51,842 bases of DNA from Deltaproteobacteria bacterium (GTDB lineage: Bacteria > Desulfobacterota > GWC2-55-46 > UBA9637): contig JBBTFC010000068.1 of assembly GCA_038042015.1 (NCBI GenBank), forward strand, positions 3,851 to 55,692, given 5' to 3'. This document shows positions 1 to 8,680 of the stretch, in pieces (the stretch's first letter is position 1; every line of letters starts with the position of its first letter). The position numbers were made by a program, and so were the translations under genes. The notes beneath the pieces were generated by a model. It ran no database searches and was not told the origin of the DNA. It worked only from the letters and a program-made list of their open reading frames with translations.

Positions 1-150
1 TTGGCTTTATTGCCTTCGCCGATTGCAATGTTTGCTGAGCCCTTTACATCTGACTTATTGATAACTGCGCCTTTGATGTCTGAGCCGGCAAATGCCGTTG
101 CAGCTGTCAGAAATACACTAATACCCAGAACTACGATTTTTTTAAACATT
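1..150 (-). CDS. Small secreted protein, N-terminal part only (gene runs off the left edge)
   Basis: Absent from the ORF track because it is under 60 aa. The reverse complement of 148-150 is ATG, with GGAGGA (155-160 on +) 4-5 nt upstream. The translation MFKKIVVLGISVFLTAATAFAGSDIKGAVINKSDVKGSANIAIGEGNKA has a typical signal peptide with an AFA cleavage motif. Confidence 0.45.
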
Positions 151-435
151 TTATCCTCCGTTTTTTCGTTTTTTTTAAATTGCGGCAATAAAGTTGCCGT
201 TCATACGTTTCATTAAACTGTTAAAGTTAAAAATCACTCGCCTCAAATTTAAGGCTCTTGCCTCACCTCCTCTTCGACTTCTAAAAACTCTATTTTACGA
301 TAGAATATTTTTTTGCGCCTCCTTTCGTAAATTTTACTGATATATCTATAAATAGTGATAAGCAGTATAACTATTACAAGATATAACTGTCAAGGGAATT
401 GTTAAGCCCTGTTAATAAATAAATGTAGCCCCTTA

Positions 436-3123
436 TTAACGTGAACTCTTCAGCGCCGCATGCGCAGCGGCAAGCCTTGCGATCGGCACTCTGAAAGGAG
501 AGCAGGACACATAGTTAAATCCGTTCCTGTGGCAGAATTCAACTGTGGCAGGGTCGCCGCCATGTTCGCCGCAGATGCCTATCTTTAAATCTTTTCTTGT
601 CTTTCTGCCTTTTTCAATGGCGATTTTTATGAGCATGCCAACGCCGTCCTGGTCAAGTGACTGGAATGGGTCGTTTTTCAAGATGCCTGCCTTTTTCTCA
701 TCCACATAATCGGGCAAAAATCTTCCTGCATCATCCCTTGACATGCCAAGGGTCATCTGCGTAAGGTCATTTGTGCCGAATGAAAAAAATTCTGCAACCT
801 CTGCAATTTTATCGGCAAGAAGCGCCGCCCTCGGCACTTCAATCATGGTTCCTACAAGATATTTAACCTTAACGGCTTTTTCTTTTATAACTTTTTCAGC
901 AACCTCTCTTGTCTTTGTTTCAAGTATTTTTAATTCCTTGCCGTCTATCACAAGGGGGTGCATTATCTCGGGATGCACTTTGATGCCTTCTTTTGCGCAT
1001 TCGCACGCAGCCTCAATTATCGCCCTCACCTGCATCTCAAGAATTTCCGGGTAGGTAATGCAGAGACGGCAACCCCTGTGCCCAAGCATGGGGTTTGCCT
1101 CTTTAAGCCTTTCAACACGGCGCCTTACCTGCTCATACGGAACACCTATCTTCTCAGCCAAATGTCTCTGCTCACCTTCAGTATGAGGCACAAATTCATG
1201 TAATGGCGGGTCTATAAGTCTGATGGTGACCGGCTTCCTATTCATTGCCCTGAATATGCCTTTAAAATCTCCTCTCTGAAATGGAAGAAGTTTTGAAAGG
1301 GCAACTTTTCTTGTTTCGAGGTCATCTGCAAGTATCATCTCCTGTATTGCAAGCCGCCTTTCATCTGTATCAAAAAACATATGCTCTGTTCTGCAAAGGC
1401 CTATGCCTTCTGCGCCGAGCCTTATGGCGTTTTCGGCGTCATACGGCGTATCCACATTTGTCCTTACATTCAGTTTCCTTACCTCGTCAGCCCATTTCAT
1501 AAGCGTATAATACGCATCCGGCAGCTCTGGTTTTATAAGATTCATGCTGCCCTGAAATACCTCGCCTGCAGAGCCATTGATAGTTATCGCGCTTCCTTCT
1601 CTCAGAACCTTGTTTCCTACAACAACGGTTTTATGGATATAATCTATAACCAACTCCTCACACCCCACAATACAGCATTTGCCCCAGCCTCTTGCAACAA
1701 CTGCGGCATGAGAGGTCTTACCGCCTGTTGCAGTAAGTATACCCTGCGCAGCATGCATGCCGCCAACATCCTCCGGGCTTGTCTCTTTTCTTACAAGGAT
1801 CACCTTCTCGCCTTTTTCTGCCCAATCCTCTGCATCCTTTGCAGTAAATACAACCTTGCCGCATGCAGCGCCAGGAACAGCGGCTATGCCTGTTGCAAAA
1901 TGGTGCTTATTCAATTCATCTCTTGTTATTTTTGGATCAATGACGGGATAGAAAAGACCTTCAATCTCTTTATCTGTAATCCTCAAGATTGCCTCTTTTT
2001 TTGTTATGAGTTTTTCTTTTACCATGTCAACTGCCATGCAGAACGCTGCGGTTGGCGACCGTTTGCCGGAACGGCATTGAAGAATGTAAAGCTTGCCCTC
2101 TTCAACAGTAAATTCTATATCCTGCATCTCCCTGTAATGCTTCTCAAGGCTTTTCCTTATATCGCAAAGCTGTTTGTATATCTTCGGCATCCTCTCATTC
2201 AGGTCGCTTAGATGAATGGGCGTACGGATGCCTGCAACAACATCCTCGCCCTGCGCATTCATAAGCAAGTCGCCGTAAAAGATATTTTCACCTGTATTGG
2301 GATCTCTGGTAAAACAGACGCCTGTGCCAGATGTTTCACCCTTATTTCCAAATACCATCTGGACTATATTTACCGCTGTGCCGAGAAGCCCTGAAATCTT
2401 TTCAACGCGGCGGTATGTGACAGCCTTTTCAGCCATCCATGAACCAAAGACAGCATTGATTGCGCCTTGGAGTTGTTCTGTCGGGTCTTGCGGAAAATCC
2501 TTGCCTGTATGTTTTTTATACACATCTTTTAAGCGGGAGATAAGTTCCTCAAGTTCCTGCTCATTCACCTCGGTATCAAGGATCTTGTTATTCGTTTTAT
2601 TCAACCTTGGCCTTGTCTTCTCGTTTTTAATTTTTTCAAACTCATGGTCAAACTTCTCACGTGATATACCCTTGGCAATTGCGCCATACATCACAATAAA
2701 CCTGCGGTAGGCATCCATGACAAAACGCCTGTTATTGGTCTTTTTTGCAAGCCCCTCAATGGATTTATCGTTAAGCCCCAGATTTAGTATCGTTTCCATC
2801 ATCCCGGGCATTGACCGCGCCGCGCCTGAACGGACTGAGACAAGAAGCGGGTCATTCGCATCGCCTAATTTCTTGCCGATCAGTTTTTCAAGCCTTGATA
2901 GATTTTTGGCAACCTCTTTATCAAGACCCGGAGGGTGTTTTTTATTATTCTTGTAATAGAGATTACAGACCTCTGTGGTAATAGTAAATCCTGCCGGCAC
3001 AGGCAGGCCGATATTTGTCATCTCAGCAAGCCCGGCGCCCTTGCCGCCGAGAAGCTCTTTCATGCTTCCCTTGCCTTCGGCCTTGCCTCCGCCGAAGAAA
3101 TAAACAAATTTATTAGACGCCAT
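436..3123 (-). CDS. ppdK: Pyruvate, phosphate dikinase
   Basis: Roughly 895 aa. It has the ATP-grasp N-terminus LLGGKGAGLAEM, the phosphohistidine swivel motif GGKTSHAAVVARGWG and a C-terminal PEP-utilising TIM-barrel region (NDLTQ, CGEHGGDP). The start is set at the internal ATG 3123 (MASNKFVYFFGGG), which has GGAGGAA 7 nt upstream and matches the usual PPDK N-terminus. Confidence 0.95.
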   Translation of the reverse strand: MASNKFVYFFGGGKAEGKGSMKELLGGKGAGLAEMTNIGLPVPAGFTITTEVCNLYYKNNKKHPPGLDKEVAKNLSRLEKLIGKKLGDANDPLLVSVRSGAARSMPGMMETILNLGLNDKSIEGLAKKTNNRRFVMDAYRRFIVMYGAIAKGISREKFDHEFEKIKNEKTRPRLNKTNNKILDTEVNEQELEELISRLKDVYKKHTGKDFPQDPTEQLQGAINAVFGSWMAEKAVTYRRVEKISGLLGTAVNIVQMVFGNKGETSGTGVCFTRDPNTGENIFYGDLLMNAQGEDVVAGIRTPIHLSDLNERMPKIYKQLCDIRKSLEKHYREMQDIEFTVEEGKLYILQCRSGKRSPTAAFCMAVDMVKEKLITKKEAILRITDKEIEGLFYPVIDPKITRDELNKHHFATGIAAVPGAACGKVVFTAKDAEDWAEKGEKVILVRKETSPEDVGGMHAAQGILTATGGKTSHAAVVARGWGKCCIVGCEELVIDYIHKTVVVGNKVLREGSAITINGSAGEVFQGSMNLIKPELPDAYYTLMKWADEVRKLNVRTNVDTPYDAENAIRLGAEGIGLCRTEHMFFDTDERRLAIQEMILADDLETRKVALSKLLPFQRGDFKGIFRAMNRKPVTIRLIDPPLHEFVPHTEGEQRHLAEKIGVPYEQVRRRVERLKEANPMLGHRGCRLCITYPEILEMQVRAIIEAACECAKEGIKVHPEIMHPLVIDGKELKILETKTREVAEKVIKEKAVKVKYLVGTMIEVPRAALLADKIAEVAEFFSFGTNDLTQMTLGMSRDDAGRFLPDYVDEKKAGILKNDPFQSLDQDGVGMLIKIAIEKGRKTRKDLKIGICGEHGGDPATVEFCHRNGFNYVSCSPFRVPIARLAAAHAALKSSR

Positions 3124-3222
3124 GCAAATTCCTCCAAAAAAAGTACCCATCCCTTTGTCCCCTTCAAGGAGGGGATTTTTTATTATAGTGGTTAGGGGTG
3201 AGTTCTTCTATCCGCTTATCCG

Positions 3223-4176
3223 CTAATTTCTACTGAACCTTCTAAAACCCGATGCGGCAACAATCTCTACGCTTTTCTCAAGTATATCATCAAAAAGGAG
3301 ATTCACTCCAAGGTTGTCGCTGCTCATATGGCCGGCAATAACTACATTAACATGATGCTTTTCCGCCTCTTTCTTATGGTCTTCGCCTATATGCATGCCA
3401 ACAATGGTGCCGATACCGGCAATGGACAACTTTTCATAGATATCCTTACTGCCGCCGGTGCCACCGGTCATATCTACAAATATCTTTCCTGTTTTTCTTT
3501 TCTCTGAGCCAACAACTACCTTCGGCCCTGCCTTTTCATTCACGGCATCCTTATATTCCGGAATATCTTTTAATATATCTATAATATCAGAAATATAATC
3601 CGGCTTTTTTTCATCAAAAACCTTCTGCAGATAGTTTGCAACCGCATTATCAGCAGGGGTATGAATACACATGAACGGCATATCAAGAAGCCGGGCAGCA
3701 TCCACTGCCCTTGTATGATTAGCAGGCAGAAGTCTTCTTTCAACCTCTTTTATCCTGTCAGACATTATGTCTTCAGCAATATTGATAGGAATGCCGTATT
3801 TTAGAAGAATGCCTGACTGCATATCCATAACCTCGTATAGGGCAGCCAAGGCCCTGCCTTCCGGATGGTGGGAAATGACAAGGTCAATATATCTGCTTTT
3901 ACTTTTAAGCCTGTCAGCAAGGAGAACCTCTCCAACCTCCATGTCAATGCCGACCAAAACGGCTTTTACATCCCTGTCAGGCTCGCCGTATAATATACGG
4001 GTATCTGCATAAGGATTTATAAGCTTTTCTTTATCAAAATCTTTTTTCTTGTCTTCTTTCAGCTCATCAAAATCCTTCTTTACCCTTTTAAGCTCTGCCT
4101 CAACCTGATCCTTACCCCTCGGGTCAAGCTCAATACCGCGCTGGACAGCCTTTGCATAGATGTCTTTAATTTTCAT
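3223..4176 (-). CDS. Nif3-like (DUF34/NIF3 family) dinuclear metal centre protein
   Basis: 317 aa. It has an ISHHPEG motif, a later IHTPADN motif and a C-terminal IAGHMSSD motif, as expected for the NIF3/YbgI family. The family was recognised by motif only. Confidence 0.6.
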   Translation of the reverse strand: MKIKDIYAKAVQRGIELDPRGKDQVEAELKRVKKDFDELKEDKKKDFDKEKLINPYADTRILYGEPDRDVKAVLVGIDMEVGEVLLADRLKSKSRYIDLVISHHPEGRALAALYEVMDMQSGILLKYGIPINIAEDIMSDRIKEVERRLLPANHTRAVDAARLLDMPFMCIHTPADNAVANYLQKVFDEKKPDYISDIIDILKDIPEYKDAVNEKAGPKVVVGSEKRKTGKIFVDMTGGTGGSKDIYEKLSIAGIGTIVGMHIGEDHKKEAEKHHVNVVIAGHMSSDNLGVNLLFDDILEKSVEIVAASGFRRFSRN

Positions 4177-4189
4177 TGCGCCTCACAAT

Positions 4190-4217
4190 GTAGAGGCGAC
4201 CCGCGGGTCGCCTCCAC
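4190..4217. repeat. GC-rich palindrome, GTAGAGRCG family, copy 1
   Basis: gtagaggcgacccgcgggtcgcctccac has a perfect 10-bp stem (gaggcgaccc/gggtcgcctc). It lies in the 43-nt spacer between the nif3-like start and the yqeY stop. Related copies are at 5662-5689 and 27648-27676. Confidence 0.8.
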
Positions 4218-4219
4218 GG

Positions 4220-4687
4220 TTAATTGCCCAGTAACTCTTTTACCACCTCATTTACCAACTTGCCATCTGCCTTACCTTGAACCTTCGGCATAACCTCTTT
4301 CATAACCCTGCCCATATCTTTAGCCCCGGAGGCACAGAGCTTTTTTACTGCATCGCTTACGATAACCTTTACCTCATCCATAGAAAGCTGCGGCGGAAGA
4401 AAAGATTGGAGGATTTTTAGTTCTGCCTCTGATTGGTCAAGCAAATCCTTTCTTCCGCCCTTTTTAAAAAATTCTATAGATTCAAGACTCTGTTTCACCA
4501 TAAATGAGACAACAGCAATGACTTCCTCATCGCTCAAACCCTCAGCCCGCTTGATAAGCGCTATCTCCTTATTTTTTACAGCAGATAGAATATTACGCAA
4601 CACCCCAAGGCTTTGCTTGCCTGCCTCGTCTCTGGCAGCCCTGGCTGCCTCATTCATCCGCATGACTAATCCTTCTCTAATAGACAT
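4220..4687 (-). CDS. yqeY: GatB/YqeY domain protein
   Basis: 155 aa with the typical YqeY layout (LRNILSAVKNKEI near the N-terminus, GKADGKLVNEVVKELL at the C-terminus). Its ATG overlaps the rpsU stop by 1 nt (TAATG). Confidence 0.8.
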   Translation of the reverse strand: MSIREGLVMRMNEAARAARDEAGKQSLGVLRNILSAVKNKEIALIKRAEGLSDEEVIAVVSFMVKQSLESIEFFKKGGRKDLLDQSEAELKILQSFLPPQLSMDEVKVIVSDAVKKLCASGAKDMGRVMKEVMPKVQGKADGKLVNEVVKELLGN

Positions 4688-4884
4688 TAAAACTCCCTTT
4701 TCTTTGTCCGTTTAACCGCCCTCTTCTTTGCTGCGATGGCCTTCTTTTTCTTCTTTACGCTCGGTTTATCATAATGCTCACGCTTTTTTATCTCGCCCAA
4801 TATCCCGGCCTTTTCGCACTGTTTCTTAAACCTTTTCAAGGCGCTCTCAAAGGATTCGCCTTCTTTTATCCTTATTCCCGGCAT
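4687..4884 (-). CDS. rpsU: 30S ribosomal protein S21
   Basis: 65 aa, very basic. [28 protein letters not shown] is the canonical S21 N-terminus. Confidence 0.95.
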   Translation of the reverse strand: MPGIRIKEGESFESALKRFKKQCEKAGILGEIKKREHYDKPSVKKKKKAIAAKKRAVKRTKKREF

Positions 4885-4907
4885 TAATTTTTCACCCCCC
4901 TCCGCTT

Positions 4908-5008
4908 TATAGAGTCAGAGAGTCAAAGATTCAGAGAGTCAGAGTTAAAAACCTTTGATGTGCTGTTGTTACTTTGACTCTATGACTCTATGACTCTTTG
5001 ACACTGTT
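4908..5008. repeat. Word-built imperfect hairpin (GAGTCA/GACTC words), family A copy 1
   Basis: The left arm is tatagagtcagagagtcaaagattcagagagtcagag (4908-4946). The right arm is actttgactctatgactctatgactctttgaca (4971-5003) and is its approximate reverse complement. It lies in the rpsU-mglA spacer. A close relative sits inside a CDS at 49874-49920. Confidence 0.8.
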
Positions 5009-5010
5009 TT

Positions 5011-5598
5011 TTATGTTCCTTTCTTTAGCTCAATCAGCACCAACTTCACTACAGCCTTCAGCGTCTCAAAAACTCCTACACCGGCAGCGGCAACAGCCTC
5101 AAAATCAGGGGCGCCGTCAACATTCAATATCTTTTTCAGCTCTGCTACAGGCGCCACACCCGGGAGGTCCCTTTTATTATACTGAATAACATATGGTATA
5201 CCGGCAAGGTCATAACTCTGCTCTTTTAAATTTATCTTCATATTCTCAAAACTCTCCATATTGGCATCCATCCTCTCTATCTGAGAATCTGCAACAAAGA
5301 CAATGCCGTCAACACCCTTTAAAATAAGCTTTCTTGACGCATCATAGAATATCTGGCCTGGAACTGTATAGAGGTGAAATCTGGTTTTAAAACCTTTTAT
5401 GTCTCCAAGTGAAAGCGGGAGAAAATCAAAGAAAAGGGTCCTCTCTGTCTCAGTGGCAAGAGATATCATCTTGCCCCTGTGTTCGGGGTTGGTCTTTTTG
5501 AAAATAAATGACAGATTTGTAGTCTTACCGCAAAGTCCAGGGCCGTAATATACTATCTTACAGTTTATCTCCCTGGAAGAATAATTTATAAAAGACAT
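5011..5598 (-). CDS. mglA: Ras-like small GTPase MglA
   Basis: 195 aa. [28 protein letters not shown], the MglA-specific TVPGQ switch II, NKRD and the C-terminus [15 protein letters not shown] are near-identical to my recollection of Myxococcus xanthus MglA. Confidence 0.9.
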   Translation of the reverse strand: MSFINYSSREINCKIVYYGPGLCGKTTNLSFIFKKTNPEHRGKMISLATETERTLFFDFLPLSLGDIKGFKTRFHLYTVPGQIFYDASRKLILKGVDGIVFVADSQIERMDANMESFENMKINLKEQSYDLAGIPYVIQYNKRDLPGVAPVAELKKILNVDGAPDFEAVAAAGVGVFETLKAVVKLVLIELKKGT

Positions 5599-5661
5599 TA
5601 TTTAGAACCCCTTTTAAGAAAAGTAGGTAATCTGTTATCGGTTGATGGAGATGCGATAAAT

Positions 5662-5689
5662 ATAGAGACGCCCCGCCGGGTATCTCTAC
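5662..5689. repeat. GC-rich palindrome, GTAGAGRCG family, copy 2 (imperfect)
   Basis: atagagacgccccgccgggtatctctac lies in the mglB-mglA spacer. It shares the outer TAGAGA...TCTCTAC arms and GC core with copies 1 and 3. Confidence 0.65.
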
Positions 5690-5693
5690 TCCG

Positions 5694-6179
5694 CTAATGA
5701 AACAATTTATCTATATCACCATCCGTAATTTCTGAGAGCAGGTTTTCCTGATCTGATGGCTTTTTTTCCACCCTCTGCAGAAGTTTTTGCAGTATCGTAT
5801 TAAGTTCATCGCTTGCCTTTTTCACCCTGAGCCTCACAAGGCCAAGGGACGACTTTTGGTCAAATATAACAACCAGTATAACCCTCTGCGCAACAATGGA
5901 GATATGGAGATTATCCCTCTCCCCTTCATGGAAGAGTATGGAAAATTCTCTCTCACCTATAAGCTTTGCCAATCCTCCGGTGGCGGCAATATTACCCGCT
6001 GTCAATGATGCAAGGGAGGTCGTATCTATATCTCCCGTATCGCCGCTTGACGCAATCAGCTGTCCGTCTTTATCTACAACGAATACTACCTTTGCATTAG
6101 CCTCTTTAAGCAGCCTGTCAATAACAACAGTAATCTGCTTAAACTCTTCTTCGAACATTACGAGTGAACTTGTCGGCAT
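5694..6179 (-). CDS. mglB: Roadblock/LC7-domain GTPase-activating protein MglB
   Basis: The segments LVMFEEEFKQITVVIDRLLKEANAKVVFVVDKDGQLIASSG and SLGLVRLRVKKASDEL match my recollection of M. xanthus MglB. The start is moved to ATG 6179 (MPTSSLVMFEEEF, AGGGG upstream) because the longer ORF overlaps porB. Confidence 0.85.
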   Translation of the reverse strand: MPTSSLVMFEEEFKQITVVIDRLLKEANAKVVFVVDKDGQLIASSGDTGDIDTTSLASLTAGNIAATGGLAKLIGEREFSILFHEGERDNLHISIVAQRVILVVIFDQKSSLGLVRLRVKKASDELNTILQKLLQRVEKKPSDQENLLSEITDGDIDKLFH

Positions 6180-6193
6180 AGTTAAACCCCTGC

Positions 6194-7126
6194 TTATATT
6201 ACCTTCCCATCCAGACTCAAAAGCCTCTCCCACTCTTTATCTATATTCTCCTGTAACTTGTCCAGCAATTCTTTATTCTCCGGTTTTAAAAGATGTTTGA
6301 ATCTGCCCTGCATCTTAAGCCATTCTGCTATAGGCTTTTTCTCTTTTGGTTTATAATTAATCTTTAAAACCCCATTTTCAACCTCGTAAAGCGCCCAATA
6401 ACATGTATCAACAGCAACCTTTGCAGCTTCTACAGACTCTTCCGGCTTTGAATACCAACCCAAGGGACATGGAGATATGACATTCAAAAAGCTCGGACCA
6501 TCTACTTTAAGAGCCTTCTCAGCCTTTCTGGAAAGGTCTGCCCAGTTATGGGGCGAGGCCTGAGCAGCATAGGGTATATTATGGGCAACAACTATCCTTG
6601 TAAGGTCTTTCCTTGCCTCCTGCTTTCCCAGTATAGCATCTCCTGCCGGCGAGGTTGTTGTGGCAGCGCCGAAAGGCGTTGCGCCTGAACGTTGGATACC
6701 TGTATTCATGTATGCGCCGTTATCGTAGCATACATAAAGAAAATTATGCCCCCTCTCAAGGGCGCCTGACAGGGCCTGCAGACCGATGTCGTATGTTCCT
6801 CCATCTCCGCCAAAGGCAATAAATTTTATATTTTTATCCGGAGGGATCTTGCCTCTTTTTTTAAATGCCCTGTAGGCTGTCTCTATACCGCTTATGGTAG
6901 CAGCGGCATTCTCAAAGGCAGAGTGTATCCACGGTATCCTCCATGCTGTGTAAGGATATATTGTGGTGCCAACCTCAAGACATCCTGTGGCGGTAGTGGC
7001 AACCACAGGGCCGTTAGCTGCCCTTAATACCAGCCTTACTATCGGCGGTATGCCGCATCCCGAACAGAGTCTGTGACCGCCGGAGAAAAGCTCATCTCTT
7101 TTTGAAAGTTCTTTAAGTGTAGCCAT
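6194..7126 (-). CDS. porB: Pyruvate/2-oxoacid:ferredoxin oxidoreductase, beta (TPP-binding) subunit
   Basis: 310 aa with an N-terminal Cys cluster (CSGCG, then C) and the TPP motif FGGDGGTYDIG. It is the last gene of a gamma-delta-alpha-beta set. Confidence 0.9.
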   Translation of the reverse strand: MATLKELSKRDELFSGGHRLCSGCGIPPIVRLVLRAANGPVVATTATGCLEVGTTIYPYTAWRIPWIHSAFENAAATISGIETAYRAFKKRGKIPPDKNIKFIAFGGDGGTYDIGLQALSGALERGHNFLYVCYDNGAYMNTGIQRSGATPFGAATTTSPAGDAILGKQEARKDLTRIVVAHNIPYAAQASPHNWADLSRKAEKALKVDGPSFLNVISPCPLGWYSKPEESVEAAKVAVDTCYWALYEVENGVLKINYKPKEKKPIAEWLKMQGRFKHLLKPENKELLDKLQENIDKEWERLLSLDGKVI

Positions 7127-7146
7127 GATCTACCCCTTTATTCAGT

Positions 7147-7206
7147 TGCCAGTCACAAGTCACCAGATTTTAGACTTGAGACTAAAAACTGATGACTGGT
7201 GACTAA
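7147..7206. repeat. Word-built hairpin (AGTCAC/GTGACT words)
   Basis: tgccagtcacaagtcaccaga ... actgatgactggtgactaat flank an inner TTTTAG/CTAAAA stem. The element fills the porA-porB spacer. Confidence 0.7.
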
Positions 7207-8397
7207 TTACAATGTTATATATTTTGTTACTGTTTCAACCTTCCCCGTCTCCGCAATTTTCAAGAGATCATCAAAAACCTCTATAGCATCTTTTACCTTA
7301 TAGTCCCTCCCCCCAAGACCAAATATCCTGCTTACAACCTTAGGACGCTTTTCCAGTTCATAGAGCGCGGAACGAACCTCGTTAAAAAGAGGGCCTCCAA
7401 AACCACTCATTGAATCAGCTCGGTCAAGCACAGCTATAGCCTTTACATTCTTAAGCGCATCGGCTATCTCTCTAAAGGGGAAAGGTCTGAAAAGCCTTGG
7501 TCGTAAAATACCAACCTTTTTGCCTGCCTTTCTTAACTCGTCAACTGCAACTTTGGTAGTGCCGGCAGCGGAGCTCAATATTACAATGGCTGCATCAGCA
7601 TCCTCCAGTCTGTATTTTTCCATAAGGCCGTATTCTCTGCCAAACTTCTTTCCAAATTCCCTTCCAATTTCAGAAACCACATCCTTTGCGCCGGCAATAG
7701 CCTCTGACTGCTGATGTTTAAATTCCATGTATGAATCCGGCAGGGTCATTGCGCCGTAAGTAACAGGATGGTCGGTATCTAATAAAGAATGTTTCGCCCG
7801 GTATTCTCCTATAAACTCTCTTACCTCTGCATCATCAATTAGTGAAATATTTTCAATGGCATGGCTTGTTATAAAACCGTCAAGACAGACCATTACCGGC
7901 AGAAGCACCTTTTCATTTTCAGCTATCCTTACCGCCTGAAAGAGATTATCGTAGGCCTCCTGCACTGTCTCAGAATAAACCTGAATCCAGCCCGAATCTC
8001 TCGCACCCATGGAATCAGAGTGGTCACAGTGGATGTTTATAGGGGCTGAAAGCGCCCGGTTTACATTGATAAGCGCTATTGGCAGCCTCATGCCGGAAGC
8101 GATATAAAGCATCTCCCACATAAGCGCCAGCCCCTGCGAAGATGTTGCAGTCATAACCCTTGCACCGGAGGCAGATGCGCCAATGCAGGCGCTCATTGCC
8201 GAATGTTCGCTCTCAACCGTTATAAACTCGGTGTCAACATCGCCGTCCGCAACATAGCTTGAAAACTCTTCCATGATTCCCGTAGAAGGGGTTATCGGGT
8301 AAGCCGCGTATACATCCGGATTTATCTGCTTCATGGCGTGGGCAATTGCGGAATTTCCTGTAAGCCCTGCCTGTCCCTTTGCCACTAAAATTGCCAT
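7207..8397 (-). CDS. porA: Pyruvate/2-oxoacid:ferredoxin oxidoreductase, alpha subunit
   Basis: 396 aa with a typical POR alpha N-terminus (GNSAIAHAMKQINPDVYAAYPITPST) and operon context. Its ATG shares one base with the porD stop. Confidence 0.9.
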   Translation of the reverse strand: MAILVAKGQAGLTGNSAIAHAMKQINPDVYAAYPITPSTGIMEEFSSYVADGDVDTEFITVESEHSAMSACIGASASGARVMTATSSQGLALMWEMLYIASGMRLPIALINVNRALSAPINIHCDHSDSMGARDSGWIQVYSETVQEAYDNLFQAVRIAENEKVLLPVMVCLDGFITSHAIENISLIDDAEVREFIGEYRAKHSLLDTDHPVTYGAMTLPDSYMEFKHQQSEAIAGAKDVVSEIGREFGKKFGREYGLMEKYRLEDADAAIVILSSAAGTTKVAVDELRKAGKKVGILRPRLFRPFPFREIADALKNVKAIAVLDRADSMSGFGGPLFNEVRSALYELEKRPKVVSRIFGLGGRDYKVKDAIEVFDDLLKIAETGKVETVTKYITL

Positions 8398-8678
8398 CAG
8401 TCTTTCTCCTCTTCCATCTTTATAGCCTTGACTTTATCAGGGCATTCTTCGGCGCATATACCGCAGCCTTTGCAGTGTTCCATGTCAAATCCTATCATCT
8501 TACCTTCCTCCACGATGATGGCGGAATCAGGACACATAACCCAACAGATAAGGCAATTGGTGCATCTCCCTTTATCGAGCACCGGCCTTAGCTTTCTCCA
8601 CCCACCTGTAACATATTCATGGGCTGTTCCACCCTCTGTTATAACACCGCCGATTGGAAGGTTCTTTTTCTCCTTCAT
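8397..8678 (-). CDS. porD: Pyruvate:ferredoxin oxidoreductase delta subunit (2x[4Fe-4S] ferredoxin)
   Basis: 93 aa with two CxxCxxCxxxCP motifs (CTNCLICWVMCP, CKGCGICAEECP). Confidence 0.9.
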   Translation of the reverse strand: MKEKKNLPIGGVITEGGTAHEYVTGGWRKLRPVLDKGRCTNCLICWVMCPDSAIIVEEGKMIGFDMEHCKGCGICAEECPDKVKAIKMEEEKD

Positions 8679-8680
8679 AT

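Noticed and set aside
1-216. Plus-strand ORF of 71 aa at the window edge (ORF track)
   Set aside because: It has a TTG start and no RBS. It is antisense to a better-supported minus-strand gene start (ATG at 150 with GGAGGA and a clean signal peptide).
3158-3181. Hairpin tcccct-tcaagg-agggga followed by T6 on the plus strand, which has the shape of an intrinsic terminator
   Set aside because: No plus-strand gene or promoter lies upstream. On the minus strand, where the genes are, the U-tract is on the wrong side. It probably belongs to the ppdK 5' UTR/promoter region (a TATAAT lies at 3181-3186 on the minus strand). There is too little evidence to call a function.
743-3195. Several plus-strand ORFs (up to 276 aa at 1381-2211) inside the ppdK locus
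   Set aside because: They are shadow ORFs antisense to a highly conserved 895-aa gene. Their composition is low-complexity or Cys/Phe-rich, with no RBS and no recognisable motifs. The same reasoning applies to the antisense ORFs listed inside the other long CDSs, such as 19902-20315, 20421-20891, 24967-25428, 36275-36733 and 42393-42731.
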